A stretch of 64,000 nucleotides of DNA from Kofleriaceae bacterium (GCA_965215005.1 CBDCCZ010000060.1:1-64000); one strand, 5' to 3'; positions 39,828 to 51,505 are shown, numbered from the stretch's first letter. Program-made: numbers and translations. Notes: generated by a model not told the origin, from the letters alone.

Positions 39828-40310
39828 TCACGCTGCCGCATCACCGGCAAAAAAGTCAATTTCGTCGATGGTGCTGTGCTCCATATCGATGAGCAGCGCG
39901 CCGGCGGCTTCGTAGGCGATGACGTACTCCAGGAGCTGTCGGCGGGTCGCTGAGTTATAGATAGACGGCGCGAACTCGCCCGTCTTCACCTCTGCGACCA
40001 GCACGCGCCCATCGACGTCCTCCACCAGCAGATCGGCGCGGATCTCGATGATGCACGCTTGGTCACCGACGCCGACCTCCCACGAGAGCGGCACCTGTCG
40101 ACCAAGGATTTTATACCCGGCTGTGAGCAGCAGCGCAGCTGCCTCATGCTCGCCAGCGATGGCACGAGTGGCGCGCGCCTTTGCCACTCGACTGGCGAGG
40201 CGGTGATCGCGATGCACCCTAAGCCACTGCGCCAAGAGAGTGACCAACAACAGGGCGGCAAATCCCGCCGCAAGAACATAACCGAGGTGTGGACCGAGAA
40301 GCTTAGGCAC
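39828..40310 (-). CDS. TM-anchored PD-(D/E)XK nuclease-like protein (YraN-like core)
   Basis: N-terminal TM; GEHEAA...GYKIL...RADLLV...VAEVKTG. Confidence 0.6.
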   Translation of the reverse strand: MPKLLGPHLGYVLAAGFAALLLVTLLAQWLRVHRDHRLASRVAKARATRAIAGEHEAAALLLTAGYKILGRQVPLSWEVGVGDQACIIEIRADLLVEDVDGRVLVAEVKTGEFAPSIYNSATRRQLLEYVIAYEAAGALLIDMEHSTIDEIDFFAGDAAA

Positions 40311-40343
40311 TCCACGACCATGCCATGACGATCTGATGCCGCA

Positions 40344-40904
40344 TCAGCGGCCGAGAGCCTGGGGTTTCGCTTTGCGATTGGCTTTGGGCGTCGTCGCGAA
40401 CGCCTCTACTTCGGCACGGTGGACGAGCTGATCGCCGTTGGCATCCACCGCTGCGAACCAGCGATGGAGCTTTTCCAGTCGGCGGGCTCTGTTCGGATGC
40501 TTTGCAGTCTTGCTGGCAGTAGGCAACTCCGCAAGCGCGAGCGCGGCATCGCCATTGGTGTCTAGCTTCGAGAGCAGCCGCTCGTATCGGGCAGTGGCGC
40601 GCTCGGTGCGCATGACGATGCGCTCGGGCTCTTCAATGTGGCCGCTGTGGTCAGCATCATAGCGAGCCAGAATACTGGCCTTGCGGTCCGCGCGCAGCGT
40701 CGCGCGCTCGTCGGGATCGAGAGCTCCATTGCCGTTGCGATCGTAGCGGGTGAGCAGCTGCGTGTGCTTCGCAGCGCGCTTCTGCTCATGAGCCGCGGAG
40801 GCGTGCTCGTGCTTTGCGGGCTTGCCAGCAGGCTCGGCCGAGGCCGCTGCGGCGAGAAGTGAGGTAGTGAGAGCAACAGCGAGGCAGGACTTCCAATGGT
40901 TCAT
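40344..40904 (-). CDS. Secreted EF-hand protein
   Basis: Signal peptide; DRNGNGALDPDE, DADHSGHIEEPE, DTNGDAALALAE, DANGDQLVHRAE. Confidence 0.85.
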   Translation of the reverse strand: MNHWKSCLAVALTTSLLAAAASAEPAGKPAKHEHASAAHEQKRAAKHTQLLTRYDRNGNGALDPDERATLRADRKASILARYDADHSGHIEEPERIVMRTERATARYERLLSKLDTNGDAALALAELPTASKTAKHPNRARRLEKLHRWFAAVDANGDQLVHRAEVEAFATTPKANRKAKPQALGR

Positions 40905-40934
40905 GATCTCTCGACCCGTGGGCGCGATTGCAGG

Positions 40935-42116
40935 TTAAGTAGCTTCTATGGCGGCAACGGTGATGCGGTACAGCTCGGCCCCTGCTCCGTTTAGCTCGTA
41001 GCTCGAATCTCCGCCGCAGATGAAGGCACTCTCACCCCTACACAGGTGCAGGTGCGACCCCGCCGAGGTGACGGTGACGCTACCGGTCATGCACAAGAGG
41101 ATCTCCGGCCCCCACGGCTCGAGCGTGATCGGTTGCTCTGGCGTCAGCCGCCACAATCGAAATTCGTTGGCGCTGGAAGGCCATTGCTTGCTCTGCGCAT
41201 CCCCCACCGACAGGATTGGCTCGCAGGGATATGGATGGCAGTCCACGATATCGAGCAGCTCGCGTACATCGACGTGCTTACCGGTGAGGCCGCCGCGAAG
41301 AACGTTATCGGAGCTCGCCATCAGCTCGACACCGGCGCCGCTTAGATACGCATGTAACTTTCCTGCAGGTAGGTACAGCGCCTGGCTCGGCTGCAGCCGA
41401 ACTCGGTTGAGCAAGAGCGCCGCGACGACGCCGCGGTCGCGGGGATAGCGGCGGGCCAACGTTAGCGCGAGCGCGGCCGCCTCCCTCCACGGCCCGTGCT
41501 GAAGGCGCGCGCACGCAGCGACTACTTCGTCCACGAGCTCGGCTGGTTTGGGCTCGGTGAGAATCGCCGCCAACGTGACGCGCAGACCATCGTCGGCGGT
41601 GAGCTCGGCGGCTAGCCGCGTGAGTCGCGGAGAGCCAATGGCGGCGAACAATGCTGCGGTCTCGCTGGGTTCTCGAAAGCCACAGAGGGCATCGAAGTTG
41701 GTCAAGGCACAGAGAAGCTCAGGCTTGTGGCTCGCATCTTTGTAGTTTCGATGCGCGGCGTCGCGCGGAACACCCGCGGCTTCTTCGGCGGCAAATCCGC
41801 GCTGCGCTTGCGTTTGCGACGGGTGGGCTTGTAGCGACAGCGGCTTGGCGGCCGCGAGAACTTTAACGAGAAATGGCAGCCGACCATAATCATCGGCGAC
41901 TCGCTCGCCGAGTGCGGCGCTGGGATCGGCGGCAATGAGCTGATCGAGGGGTATCAAGCCGGCGGGAGTTTCGGCCAGAGAGGGCGCGTTTGGATGCGCT
42001 CCGAGCCAAAGCTCTGCTTCGGTTCGCGGCGCCGGCGATGCGCGACCCTGGAGCTCGGCGATGACGGTTCGCGAGCCCCACGGGTAGTACTGAATGATTC
42101 CGTGAAGGCGATGCAT
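40935..42116 (-). CDS. manA: Mannose-6-phosphate isomerase, class I
   Basis: YPWG, AELWLGAHP, PLSLQAHP, HKPEL, HAYLSG, ELMASSDNVLRGGLT. Confidence 0.95.
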   Translation of the reverse strand: MHRLHGIIQYYPWGSRTVIAELQGRASPAPRTEAELWLGAHPNAPSLAETPAGLIPLDQLIAADPSAALGERVADDYGRLPFLVKVLAAAKPLSLQAHPSQTQAQRGFAAEEAAGVPRDAAHRNYKDASHKPELLCALTNFDALCGFREPSETAALFAAIGSPRLTRLAAELTADDGLRVTLAAILTEPKPAELVDEVVAACARLQHGPWREAAALALTLARRYPRDRGVVAALLLNRVRLQPSQALYLPAGKLHAYLSGAGVELMASSDNVLRGGLTGKHVDVRELLDIVDCHPYPCEPILSVGDAQSKQWPSSANEFRLWRLTPEQPITLEPWGPEILLCMTGSVTVTSAGSHLHLCRGESAFICGGDSSYELNGAGAELYRITVAAIEAT

Positions 42117-43202
42117 TCAGCTGCGAAACAGTTGCTCGATGTCCTGCTCGATACGCTCTGCGGCGGCGGGCGAGACCTGCACGGGCACGCGCGTACGCGG
42201 ACTGCGCAAGTAGTATTCGGGTTGCGGCGCCATCGCGGCGGTTGCTTGGGGCGCAGCACTATCCACCGCGACCGGGGGGATGGCCGGTGTAGCGGGCTTC
42301 TTATACAGCTCGAGCCAGCCGAGCTCGCGACTGCCTTTGCCCGCGTACTCGACTCGAAGTAGCCGCTCGAGCTCGGTGGGCGCGATCATGCTGTCGAACT
42401 TCATCAGCTCGAGGCTTTTCAGCGACGATAAGAAGTTGGCCATGGTTTGATCGTTCTTGCCGGGCGCCGACTCCAGGGCCCAACCCTGCTTGGTTTGACC
42501 ATTGTCGTCATAGCTGAGGCGTTGCAGGCGTTTTTGCGTGGAGCCCGCTTCGATGACCGCCGCCGCGACCTCGTCCTCTTTGAAGCCAAATGGATCGGTG
42601 ATTTTGAGCGTCGACTCGCCGAGCTCGAGCGGCTGCACGATCGAGCCTGCGAGAACGAAGCCTTGCTGAAGGATCGGATCGAGAGCGTAGCGATCGATGC
42701 CGCCCTGCACCCGGCCGCCTACGGTGAGAGTCTTCTTGCCGTCACCGAGCTCGACCGTTAGCACATCCGTGGCGTTTTCGAGCTCGTACTCGGCTTTGGC
42801 GGCATCATCGAGCTTGCCGAGCGCAACGAGCGCATGGAGGTCGGCCAGCGATTCGATGAGCTCTTCGCCTTTTTCGCCCACCGCAAACTCGCGGGTGTGC
42901 GTGGTCGCTTCGCCGCCTGCCTCACCCCCGCCTGCCTCACCGTCGCCTGCCTCACCGACTGGTGCGGCAGTGCGCGTTTGCGTGCCCCAGAGATAACGAG
43001 CGCCATTCTGCTCGCGCCGCTCCACACGCACGGTGAAATTTTCTTTGTCGTAGCTCACCGCCGTGACGTCATCCGCGCGGGCCCGCCACACCGGAACATC
43101 GCCGGTCTTGGTCTCGGCGACGTCATCTCGAGTCCACGTCTGATACGCGATGAGCAGCGAAACAGCCAGCAGTGTGCCGTAAACTATGGGCCCCGTCTTC
43201 AT
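42117..43202 (-). CDS. DUF4340-like periplasmic protein of the Gld-type ABC operon
   Basis: N-terminal TM/signal; position downstream of the GldG-like gene with ATGA overlap. Confidence 0.7.
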   Translation of the reverse strand: MKTGPIVYGTLLAVSLLIAYQTWTRDDVAETKTGDVPVWRARADDVTAVSYDKENFTVRVERREQNGARYLWGTQTRTAAPVGEAGDGEAGGGEAGGEATTHTREFAVGEKGEELIESLADLHALVALGKLDDAAKAEYELENATDVLTVELGDGKKTLTVGGRVQGGIDRYALDPILQQGFVLAGSIVQPLELGESTLKITDPFGFKEDEVAAAVIEAGSTQKRLQRLSYDDNGQTKQGWALESAPGKNDQTMANFLSSLKSLELMKFDSMIAPTELERLLRVEYAGKGSRELGWLELYKKPATPAIPPVAVDSAAPQATAAMAPQPEYYLRSPRTRVPVQVSPAAAERIEQDIEQLFRS

Positions 43203-45130
43203 GCTGTCCTCCGCGCGTTGCGCCGGCGGCGCACGTAGCCGATGCCGAGACCAAACCCAAGGATCAGCAGCGGAGCGCCGACGATGCTCGAATATAGGAG
43301 AATGACGTCTTCGCTCTCGCTGTGCTTGATGAGCACGTCTTCCTCGGAAATCGTCTCGCCAGCGAGGTCCTCTTCGCCACCGAGCCACATCACCGAGTCG
43401 GCGAGTAAGTGGTTGCTGAGCGGCACGAGCTGCTGGATGGGGTCACCGAAGAGGTCACCATCGGCGACGACCACCGCGCGCATCCCTTTGGTGAGCTCCG
43501 TTTCCGTGTTGCCCTCGCCGGCAGGAGTGGCTTCGACGGCTGCGGCGATGTTGTAGCGAGCGCGGGTTTCGGTGTCCGAGTCGAACTCCAAGTCATTGTC
43601 GAGATCCGCCCAAGCGTTGGGCGTGGATCGAATGACGAAGGTCCGCTGGATAGCGTCGGCGCCGGCAGTGGGAGGAGCTTCGCTGAGAGACCCGGAATTG
43701 GCGACCACGATCCCTGCGCGAGCGCTGGCGCGGCTGAGGGTGGTCGTCGATGCGTGTGCAGAGAATTGATTGGTGAGGATGAGGCGCCGATCAGAGCTGT
43801 TGCCGCGCTGACGCAGGTGCTCGCGATCGTCGGTGAGGGGCGTGGGATCGAAGTCGAGGCCCAGGCGCCCTCCGAGCGGCCCCAGCCGCGCCTCCGAGTC
43901 TGGATCGAGCGCGATCAACATCGCGCCGCCGCGCTCTAGATACCGATCTAACGTGGCCAGCTCCTCGTCTCGAAGCGGCGTCCGCGGCGCCAGCATCACC
44001 ACCAGCGTCGCGTCGCCAGGGACCTCACTGGCCAGTCCCTGCGCCAACCCGAGCTCCTGCACCGAATAATTGAGTGCCTCGAGGATTCGCTTGGTGATAC
44101 TTGCGCGGCCCTCCGGTTGCTGCGCGGCCAACTGTCCCAGCGAGGAAGGATCATTTAGCTCACCATGGCCCACGGTGAAGTAGGCGACGTGGCGCGCGCG
44201 GACCACCTTCAACAGTGCTGTGTTGACCTTGGCGTCGAACGTACGCAGCTCGGTGCGCCGCGCGCGCTGAAAATCAGGACTGACCGCCAGCTTCTCGCTC
44301 TTATCGCCGCGCGAAATGATGATGGTGCCGTCGCTCGTGATGCGGTGCTTGCGGGCAAGCGTTGCGGACACCATCCGGTCGTGCATCTCGACGTTGACGT
44401 TGCCAGTGCGGCGAGCGAGCTCTTTGAAGTACTGCTGCACTTCCTTGCCAACTTGATTCGACTCGGGGAAGAACAACAGCACCTCCAGCGGTTCGCTGAT
44501 GCTGCGAGCAATCTTGACGGTGGATGGACCCGGGCTCGAGGTCTTGAAATAGCTGAGATCTCCACGAACGTTGCGCTGCTCGGCGATGTTGCACGTCACC
44601 ATCAAGAAGCCCGCGGCTAAGGCGATGCTAAGCCCGGAGGTCGACATCTCGAGCACCCGAACTAGCTCCACTGCCTCGTCGTGCCCGCGACCCGCAGAGG
44701 CCGCCAGCCGCCCGCGCTGCGCAACGCCGAGCGACAGCTCGACCATGAGCAGAGGCAGGAGTGAGATGGCGAGGATCACGCAATACAGCACCGTCATTGG
44801 TACCAGGTAGCGCTGAAGGCCCGCCTTATCGAGCGCGTCGATTCCGAGCAGGTGCATGGTCCACGGTGTTGTGAACCAATAGCCAATGAGTCCCAGCGCA
44901 ATGCCCGCATGGCAGGCAAGGAAGATGGCCTCGACGCGCCGGCGGGCGCCGCGAGTGACGGCGAACGCCCAGATGCGCAGCGCTGTGGCCGTGAGGATGA
45001 GCATGAGCCCGCCTATCGAAAGAAACCGCGCTCCCCCGAAAGTGTCCAGCGCCCGCTCGCCGACAAACAGCGCCGCTAGGCCCGCGAGAAGGATGGCCGA
45101 TAGCCACCACGGGGAGGCGGTTCGCGTCAT
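43199..45130 (-). CDS. GldG-like ABC transporter auxiliary protein
   Basis: N-terminal TMs, YFTVGHGE, LDRYLERGG, VVADGD, C-terminal TM. Start 45130 or 45136. Confidence 0.85.
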   Translation of the reverse strand: MTRTASPWWLSAILLAGLAALFVGERALDTFGGARFLSIGGLMLILTATALRIWAFAVTRGARRRVEAIFLACHAGIALGLIGYWFTTPWTMHLLGIDALDKAGLQRYLVPMTVLYCVILAISLLPLLMVELSLGVAQRGRLAASAGRGHDEAVELVRVLEMSTSGLSIALAAGFLMVTCNIAEQRNVRGDLSYFKTSSPGPSTVKIARSISEPLEVLLFFPESNQVGKEVQQYFKELARRTGNVNVEMHDRMVSATLARKHRITSDGTIIISRGDKSEKLAVSPDFQRARRTELRTFDAKVNTALLKVVRARHVAYFTVGHGELNDPSSLGQLAAQQPEGRASITKRILEALNYSVQELGLAQGLASEVPGDATLVVMLAPRTPLRDEELATLDRYLERGGAMLIALDPDSEARLGPLGGRLGLDFDPTPLTDDREHLRQRGNSSDRRLILTNQFSAHASTTTLSRASARAGIVVANSGSLSEAPPTAGADAIQRTFVIRSTPNAWADLDNDLEFDSDTETRARYNIAAAVEATPAGEGNTETELTKGMRAVVVADGDLFGDPIQQLVPLSNHLLADSVMWLGGEEDLAGETISEEDVLIKHSESEDVILLYSSIVGAPLLILGFGLGIGYVRRRRNARRTA

Positions 45131-45841
45131 TGCCATCGCTTCGCTCCCATCGTCTTGGTGGCAACCAACAAGAAGAAGTAGATCACCGCGACGTAATAAA
45201 CGACATCCACGAGGTTGAGAATGCCGACCATGAAGCCTTGGACGAAGTGAATCCACCACAGGTCGAGCTGCTCGAGCACTCCTTTGAGCGGCGCATCGAG
45301 GCGCACAGCGAGCGGAAACAGCAGCACCAACACTCCATTGATAGTTGCAGCGACCGCCAATGCTACGAGCTGCTGACGAGCCAATGCACTAGCAAATGTG
45401 CCTATCGCAAGGCTGGCCGCTCCCAGCAGCAATAGGCCGAGATAGCCGACGAGGAGCTGCCCAAAGGCGATCTTGCCGTTTACCAGGATGAGGAGCGGCA
45501 TATAAATCGAAAGGAGCAGCATGCCGGCCAGGAACACCAGCGCAGCAAAGAACTTGCCCAGAACGACCTCGATATCGCGCACTGGCGAGGTGCTGAGCAA
45601 GACGATGGTGTGCTGGCTGCGTTCCTCTGCGATCAGTCGAAACGACAGCACGATGCCGGCGATTTGCGTAATCACGCCGGTGTACATGAAGAAGTCACGC
45701 AGCACATCAGCGGAGACTCGCGGCCGCGAGCCGATCGCGAACGTCTGAAATAGAATGCCATCGATGAACAGCAGCAGCGCCGCAATGACGTAGCCGATGG
45801 GCGAGCGCAGATAAGCCCCGAGCTCGCGGCGAAAGATGATG

Positions 45842-45855
<14 letters not shown>
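45127..45855 (-). CDS. ABC-2 permease (GldF/PilI-like)
   Basis: IFRRELGAYLRSPIGY, AEERSQHTIVLL.TSPV...VVLGKF. Confidence 0.9.
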
Positions 45856-46792
<937 letters not shown>

Positions 46793-46825
46793 TGATTACG
46801 CGCGTCTCTTTCCGTGGTGGGAGCT

Positions 46826-46879
46826 TCACTCATGATCGCTTCTTTCTAGCGGTTCGCGACGTTCGCCGTGAACCATTAG
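46826..46879 (-). repeat. Partial repeat copy (5' hairpin) inside the 3' end of the radical SAM gene
   Basis: Minus strand CTAATGGTTCACGGCGAACGTCGCGAACCGCTAGAAAGAAGCGATCATGAGTGA matches the start of copy 3. Confidence 0.8.
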
Positions 46880-47950
46880 CGGCAACGGGAGCTGATTTCC
46901 GATGGCCGTAGGAACCTTGCGACGATCGGTCGCGAGCGGCGGAGCAGGTTGGTCGAGGCCTAGCCGGCGAGTCGCGAGGGCGAACCGGCGCGCCAGGAGC
47001 TCAGCGTATGGGCCGGTTCCACGCATGCGCTGATCAAATGCGGAGCGATACAACGCGCCGTCGCGGGTTTGGCGAATGAGCGAGAGGACCCGCTCCGCAC
47101 GGTCTGGATAATGAGCCCGTAGCCATTCTGCAAACAGCTCTTTGACCTCATGTGGCAGCCGTATCAGGATGTATGCTGCAGTGACAGCGCCGGCGCTGGC
47201 AGCACTCTCGAGAATCCGCTCGAGCTCAACATCGTTGAGCGCGGGGATCATCGGCGAGGCCAAGACGCCCACGGTGACTCCGGCATCGCTGAGCCGAGCG
47301 ATGGTCTCTATGCGGCGCTGCGGCGCCGCAGCGCGCGGCTCCATGCGCCTGGCGAGGGCGCGATCTAGCGTGGTGACGGAAACGCGGACGCTCACCAGCC
47401 GCTCGGCGGCCATGGCTGCGAGAATATCGAGATCGCGTAGTATCAGGCTCGACTTGGTGACGACGACCAGTGGTTGGCCGTGCTCGTGCGCAACCTCGAG
47501 GAGTTGGCGCGTGAGTTGGAGTTTTCGCTCGATCGGTTGATAGGGATCCGTGTTGGAGCCAAGCGCGATGACCCGACATTCGTTATTTCGCCCCAGAGCG
47601 CGCCGCAACAGCGCGGGCGCGTTTGGCTTGAAGAACAGCCGGCTTTCGAAGTCAAGCCCTGGCGATAGGCCGACGTATGCATGACTCGGGCGGGCAAAGC
47701 AGTAGATGCAGCCGTGCTCGCAGCCGCGGTAGGGATTGATCGATTGATCGAAGGGAATGTCGGGTGAGTCGTTGGTGCTGATGATCGTGCGCGCGGTCTC
47801 TTCGGAGAGCACCGTCTCCAGCGCCGGCAACTCCTCATCGAGGCTACCCCAGCCGTCGTCGAAGCTCTCGCGCGCGCAGCTCTCGAAGCGCGAGCTGCGA
47901 TTACTAACCGCACCGCGGCCCTTGCGCAGATCGGGCAACGACTCACTCAT
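46826..47950 (-). CDS. PA0069/Rv2578c-family radical SAM protein
   Basis: SINPYRGCEHGCIYCFARP, NTDPYQP, TKS, MEPR. Confidence 0.93.
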   Translation of the reverse strand: MSESLPDLRKGRGAVSNRSSRFESCARESFDDGWGSLDEELPALETVLSEETARTIISTNDSPDIPFDQSINPYRGCEHGCIYCFARPSHAYVGLSPGLDFESRLFFKPNAPALLRRALGRNNECRVIALGSNTDPYQPIERKLQLTRQLLEVAHEHGQPLVVVTKSSLILRDLDILAAMAAERLVSVRVSVTTLDRALARRMEPRAAAPQRRIETIARLSDAGVTVGVLASPMIPALNDVELERILESAASAGAVTAAYILIRLPHEVKELFAEWLRAHYPDRAERVLSLIRQTRDGALYRSAFDQRMRGTGPYAELLARRFALATRRLGLDQPAPPLATDRRKVPTAIGNQLPLPLMVHGERREPLERSDHE

Positions 47951-48936
47951 GGCTCCGCGTACCAGTTTTTGCTCCAGGTGTGGTCCTCGAGCTTGGCCAA
48001 GAGTCTACTACTGAGCGTGCGGCCATCGCTCACCGCGATGTTGGCGTCGACGTGCTCGCGGCGACGCATGCCGGTGATGACGGTACTGACCTCGGGGCGG
48101 TGCAAGCAGAAGCGAAGCGCCAGCTCGGCCATTGTCTGCGCTTCGTCGCCCAGCAGTGGGCGCAATGCATCAACTCGCGCGGCGACCTCGGCCTTGCGGG
48201 CGCCGGCGAAGTAGCGGGCGCGGAAGTCGTCGGCAGGAAACGAGGTTTGAGCGTCGATGGCACCGCTGAGGGCGCCCTCGTCGAGCGGCACGCGGGCAAT
48301 GACGCCAACGTCGCGCTCCATGGCGCGTGGCAGCAACGTCTCTTCGGCCGATTGGTCGAAGATGTTGAAGATGACCTGGACGGTTCCGATGATCGACTCA
48401 TCGAGGATGCGGACCGCGTTGTCGGCTTCGTGCGCATTGGCGGAGATGCCCCAATGAAGCACCTTGCCTTCGCGCACCAGGCGCTCCATCGTGCCGCGCA
48501 GCTCGGGCCACGCCGGCGAATCGAGCCATTCGTCGCGCCACACGTGCAGCTGCTCGAGGACGAGAATTTCAGCGCGCAAGTTGCGCAGTGACTGCTCGAC
48601 GCACCGAGTGACATAATCGACTGGAAACTCTTCCTCGAGCTTAGCTCCCGCCGGCGCTGGCCAACGTTTACCGCGAGGTGGCACCTTGGTAGCGACCACG
48701 GCCCAGTCGCGGGCCCGCAAGTCGCGGACAACCTCTCCTACGAGCGTCTCAGCAGCGCCGTCGCCATACGACAGCGCGGTATCGACGAAGGTCACACCTG
48801 CGTCGAGGGCATGATAGAGGGCGCGTTGAGCAGCGCGAGGATCGACGCCTCGCCAAGAATCGCCGCCGAGCCCCCACGTGCCGTAGCCGAGCTCTGTTAC
48901 ATCGAGCTGAGTGCGTCCGAGTCGCCGGGTCTTCAT
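47947..48936 (-). CDS. Aldo/keto reductase
   Basis: RRLGRT...LGYGTW, DTALSYG, ATK, SLRNL, ARVPL. Confidence 0.93.
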   Translation of the reverse strand: MKTRRLGRTQLDVTELGYGTWGLGGDSWRGVDPRAAQRALYHALDAGVTFVDTALSYGDGAAETLVGEVVRDLRARDWAVVATKVPPRGKRWPAPAGAKLEEEFPVDYVTRCVEQSLRNLRAEILVLEQLHVWRDEWLDSPAWPELRGTMERLVREGKVLHWGISANAHEADNAVRILDESIIGTVQVIFNIFDQSAEETLLPRAMERDVGVIARVPLDEGALSGAIDAQTSFPADDFRARYFAGARKAEVAARVDALRPLLGDEAQTMAELALRFCLHRPEVSTVITGMRRREHVDANIAVSDGRTLSSRLLAKLEDHTWSKNWYAEP

Positions 48937-49100
48937 CGATGGGAGAATAGCCGAAGCGCGCGCCGCGAGCGCAACCTCTGGCTGCACTGACTGCGTCGCT
49001 TTGGGAGGCAACGCGCTAGACTAGCGGCGATTCGTATGCGGTGGTGCAGAGGCGATAGGAACCAGTGTGTCGCGAGGATGCAAAGCGTCGCGAGGACGCG

Positions 49101-49951
49101 ATGAGGCGCAACCGCCGAACGCGGCTCTTCGTCCGCAGCGTGATCGTGGTGTTGGTGCTCGCCGGCAGCTGGATCGGCGTGATGACGGCGCTGCAGCTGC
49201 TTAGCTCCAAGGACTATGAATTCCGCAACGAAGCTGCAGCGATCTTCACGCGCTTGAGTCGCGGCGATGGTGGCGAGCTCTGGGAGGCGTCTTCGGCGGG
49301 CTTGCGCGAGCGCATCGGCAAGCAGCGCCTAGTTGCGCTGTCACGCCAGGTTCGCGATCGACTCGGCGAGTTTCGCGGCATCGCCAGTGTCACGAGCACC
49401 TACTCCGCCTCGGATCTGGGGCGAGTCGCGATGCGGGTAGAATTCGCCAACGCGACCATCCCCGCGGCTCTGAGCTTCATCCGCGAAGACGAGCGTTGGA
49501 AGTTGCTCGGATTGACGATTGAGGTGCCGCGGGCGTTGAGCGCCGCGTTCGCCGCCGATGAGACCAAAGATGAGAGTTTCATGGCTCCCGGGCAGTTTTG
49601 GAAGAGCTTCGTGGGCTCCTAGAGCGCGAGCGTCGAGGCCACTGGGAAGACATCTACGATGCGTCCTCCGAAGCGTTCCGCGAGTCGATCGACCGTGGCA
49701 TTTTCGAGAAGCTCCTCACCAAGCGCACGCAAAGGCTCGGCCGCTTCGTGCGCATCGCCGACCTCTCCACCACCTGGCGCAGCCCACGCGGCAACCAAGC
49801 AGAAGTCGTTGCTGCTTTGCAGTACGAACGCGCCACCGTCACCGCGACGGTAGAATTCATCTACGAAGACGGCGGCTGGAAGCTGCTTGGATACAAGATC
49901 GTGTTGCCGCAGCCGAGCGTGCCTAACAGCTCAACCCCGCGAGCGGAGTAA
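49101..49951 (+). pseudogene. Tandem DUF3887/DUF4019-like domain protein split by a frameshift near 49590
   Basis: ORFs 49101-49622 and 49598-49951 each carry the same domain (xxASxxxR.SI...LG.F..I...F..ED..WKLLG) and overlap in shifted frames. Confidence 0.6.
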
Positions 49952-50010
49952 AACCAGCCAACGCGGTGACCGCAGGGTGCAGCCGCCGCGTTGGCACAGG
50001 GCACTTCGCA

Positions 50011-50517
50011 TTAGACAGTGCGATGGTGGGCTTCGTGACGGCGCATGATTTCGAAGGCTTCGTCGGTACGATTTCCAGCCTTGACGATTACCACTGTGCG
50101 CCCTTTGCGGAATTCTTCGTCGTAGTAAGCGGCGTCTTCATCGCTGACACCGAGGCCGGTCAACGCGCCAACGACGCCACCCGCGGCGGCGCCAGTTGCC
50201 GCACTCGCTGCAACCGCAGCGAGTATACCGCCAGCGATCACCGGACCGATGGCCGGCAAGATTCCGGCTGCGATGCCGAGCGCCCAGAGTGCGCCACCGC
50301 CGGCTCCCACTGCTGCGCCCGCGGCTGCACCAGCACCCGCTTTATTGCCCGACATCTCTTTGAGCGACTTGATGTCTGCATCGCCTTCTTTGTCGTGAGA
50401 GAGCACGCCGACGTCGCTCGACGAGAATCCGGCTTCACGAAGTGACTCCAGGGCAGCACGAGCGTGGCCGGAAGTACGGAATGCTCCAATTACGAGACTC
50501 TTATCGGTCGTCTTCAT
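50011..50517 (-). CDS. General stress protein-like glycine-zipper membrane protein
   Basis: VIGAF...A..AL..L...[17 protein letters not shown]...EDA..Y...G..VV.V. Confidence 0.8.
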   Translation of the reverse strand: MKTTDKSLVIGAFRTSGHARAALESLREAGFSSSDVGVLSHDKEGDADIKSLKEMSGNKAGAGAAAGAAVGAGGGALWALGIAAGILPAIGPVIAGGILAAVAASAATGAAAGGVVGALTGLGVSDEDAAYYDEEFRKGRTVVIVKAGNRTDEAFEIMRRHEAHHRTV

Positions 50518-50529
50518 GCAAAGCGTGGG

Positions 50530-50545
50530 AGCATTTCGCATGCCA
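50530..50545 (-). promoter_or_regulatory. Putative sigma54 -24/-12 promoter
   Basis: TGGCATGCGAAATGCT on minus strand; the C lies 14 nt before ATG 50517. Confidence 0.55.
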
Positions 50546-50629
50546 GACTCTGACGCCGCTCCGTGGGGGATTAACTCCGGGCTAACGGCAGGAGCGACAC
50601 AGCGGGGCATGCTTGTGCAGAACGGCTCG

Positions 50630-51505
50630 TCAAAGCGTGCTGCTGAAGGGCCACAGCTGCGCCACCCACTCCCGTGGAACGACTGGCGTCGCTCCGCGTT
50701 GCGAGGCGATGAACGAGCCGTAACGATTGGCTGCCGCGGCAATATCGTTGAGCGGCTTGCGTGCGAGCAGCCCGCTCGTCAACACCGCTGTAAATGCATC
50801 GCCGGCGCCGACGTTGTCGCCACCCGCTGCCGCAAGCACGCCGGGTTGATCCGCGACCTCGCCGCTAGCTGCTCGGAGCTGACAACCCCGCGGTCCGCGG
50901 GTCACCGCGACGAGCTCGACGCCGAGGTGTTCGAGGAGCCATGCTGCGGCGTCGTTTGCGCCGGTGTGCGCAGCAAGGAGTCTTTCCTCGGCATCATTTA
51001 GCTTCACCACGTTGGCCAGGCGCATGCAGCGGATCGATAGCTCGAGCTCCGCGTATTGCGGACGCAGATTGATATCACAAACCTTCAAACATTCGGCTGG
51101 CAGGGCGGAAATGGCCGTCTCGAGACGGCGCATTGCTGCTGGTTCTAGCTGGCTCAGGGTTCCAAAGCAGAAGCCAGTTGCTGGGGCCAGGAGCTCGATA
51201 GGAGCGTCGATATATTCCCACGCACAACCGCGGCGGAGGGTGTAGCGCGCTTCGCCATCGACGACGGCGACTTGCACCGATCCTGTCGGTAAGCTCTCGC
51301 GCGTGTTAACGCCTCGGATGTCGACGCCGCTCGCTGCAAGTCGCGCCCGCGCTTCGTGGCCGCGCGCGTCATCACCAACCGCACTTACCATGAGCACCGG
51401 CTCGCCGAGCGCAGCCAGATGATAAGCCACGTTGGCCGGTGCGCCGCCGAGGCGAGGCTCGTCAGGATAGAGGTCCCAGAGAATTTCGCCCCAGCAGACG
51501 ATCAT
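50630..51505 (-). CDS. PfkB-family carbohydrate kinase (fructokinase-like)
   Basis: [31 protein letters not shown]. Confidence 0.92.
   Translation of the reverse strand: MIVCWGEILWDLYPDEPRLGGAPANVAYHLAALGEPVLMVSAVGDDARGHEARARLAASGVDIRGVNTRESLPTGSVQVAVVDGEARYTLRRGCAWEYIDAPIELLAPATGFCFGTLSQLEPAAMRRLETAISALPAECLKVCDINLRPQYAELELSIRCMRLANVVKLNDAEERLLAAHTGANDAAAWLLEHLGVELVAVTRGPRGCQLRAASGEVADQPGVLAAAGGDNVGAGDAFTAVLTSGLLARKPLNDIAAAANRYGSFIASQRGATPVVPREWVAQLWPFSSTL

Noticed and set aside
49580..49625. Programmed -1 ribosomal frameshift
   Set aside because: No X XXY YYZ heptamer in the zero frame; a simple indel is more parsimonious.
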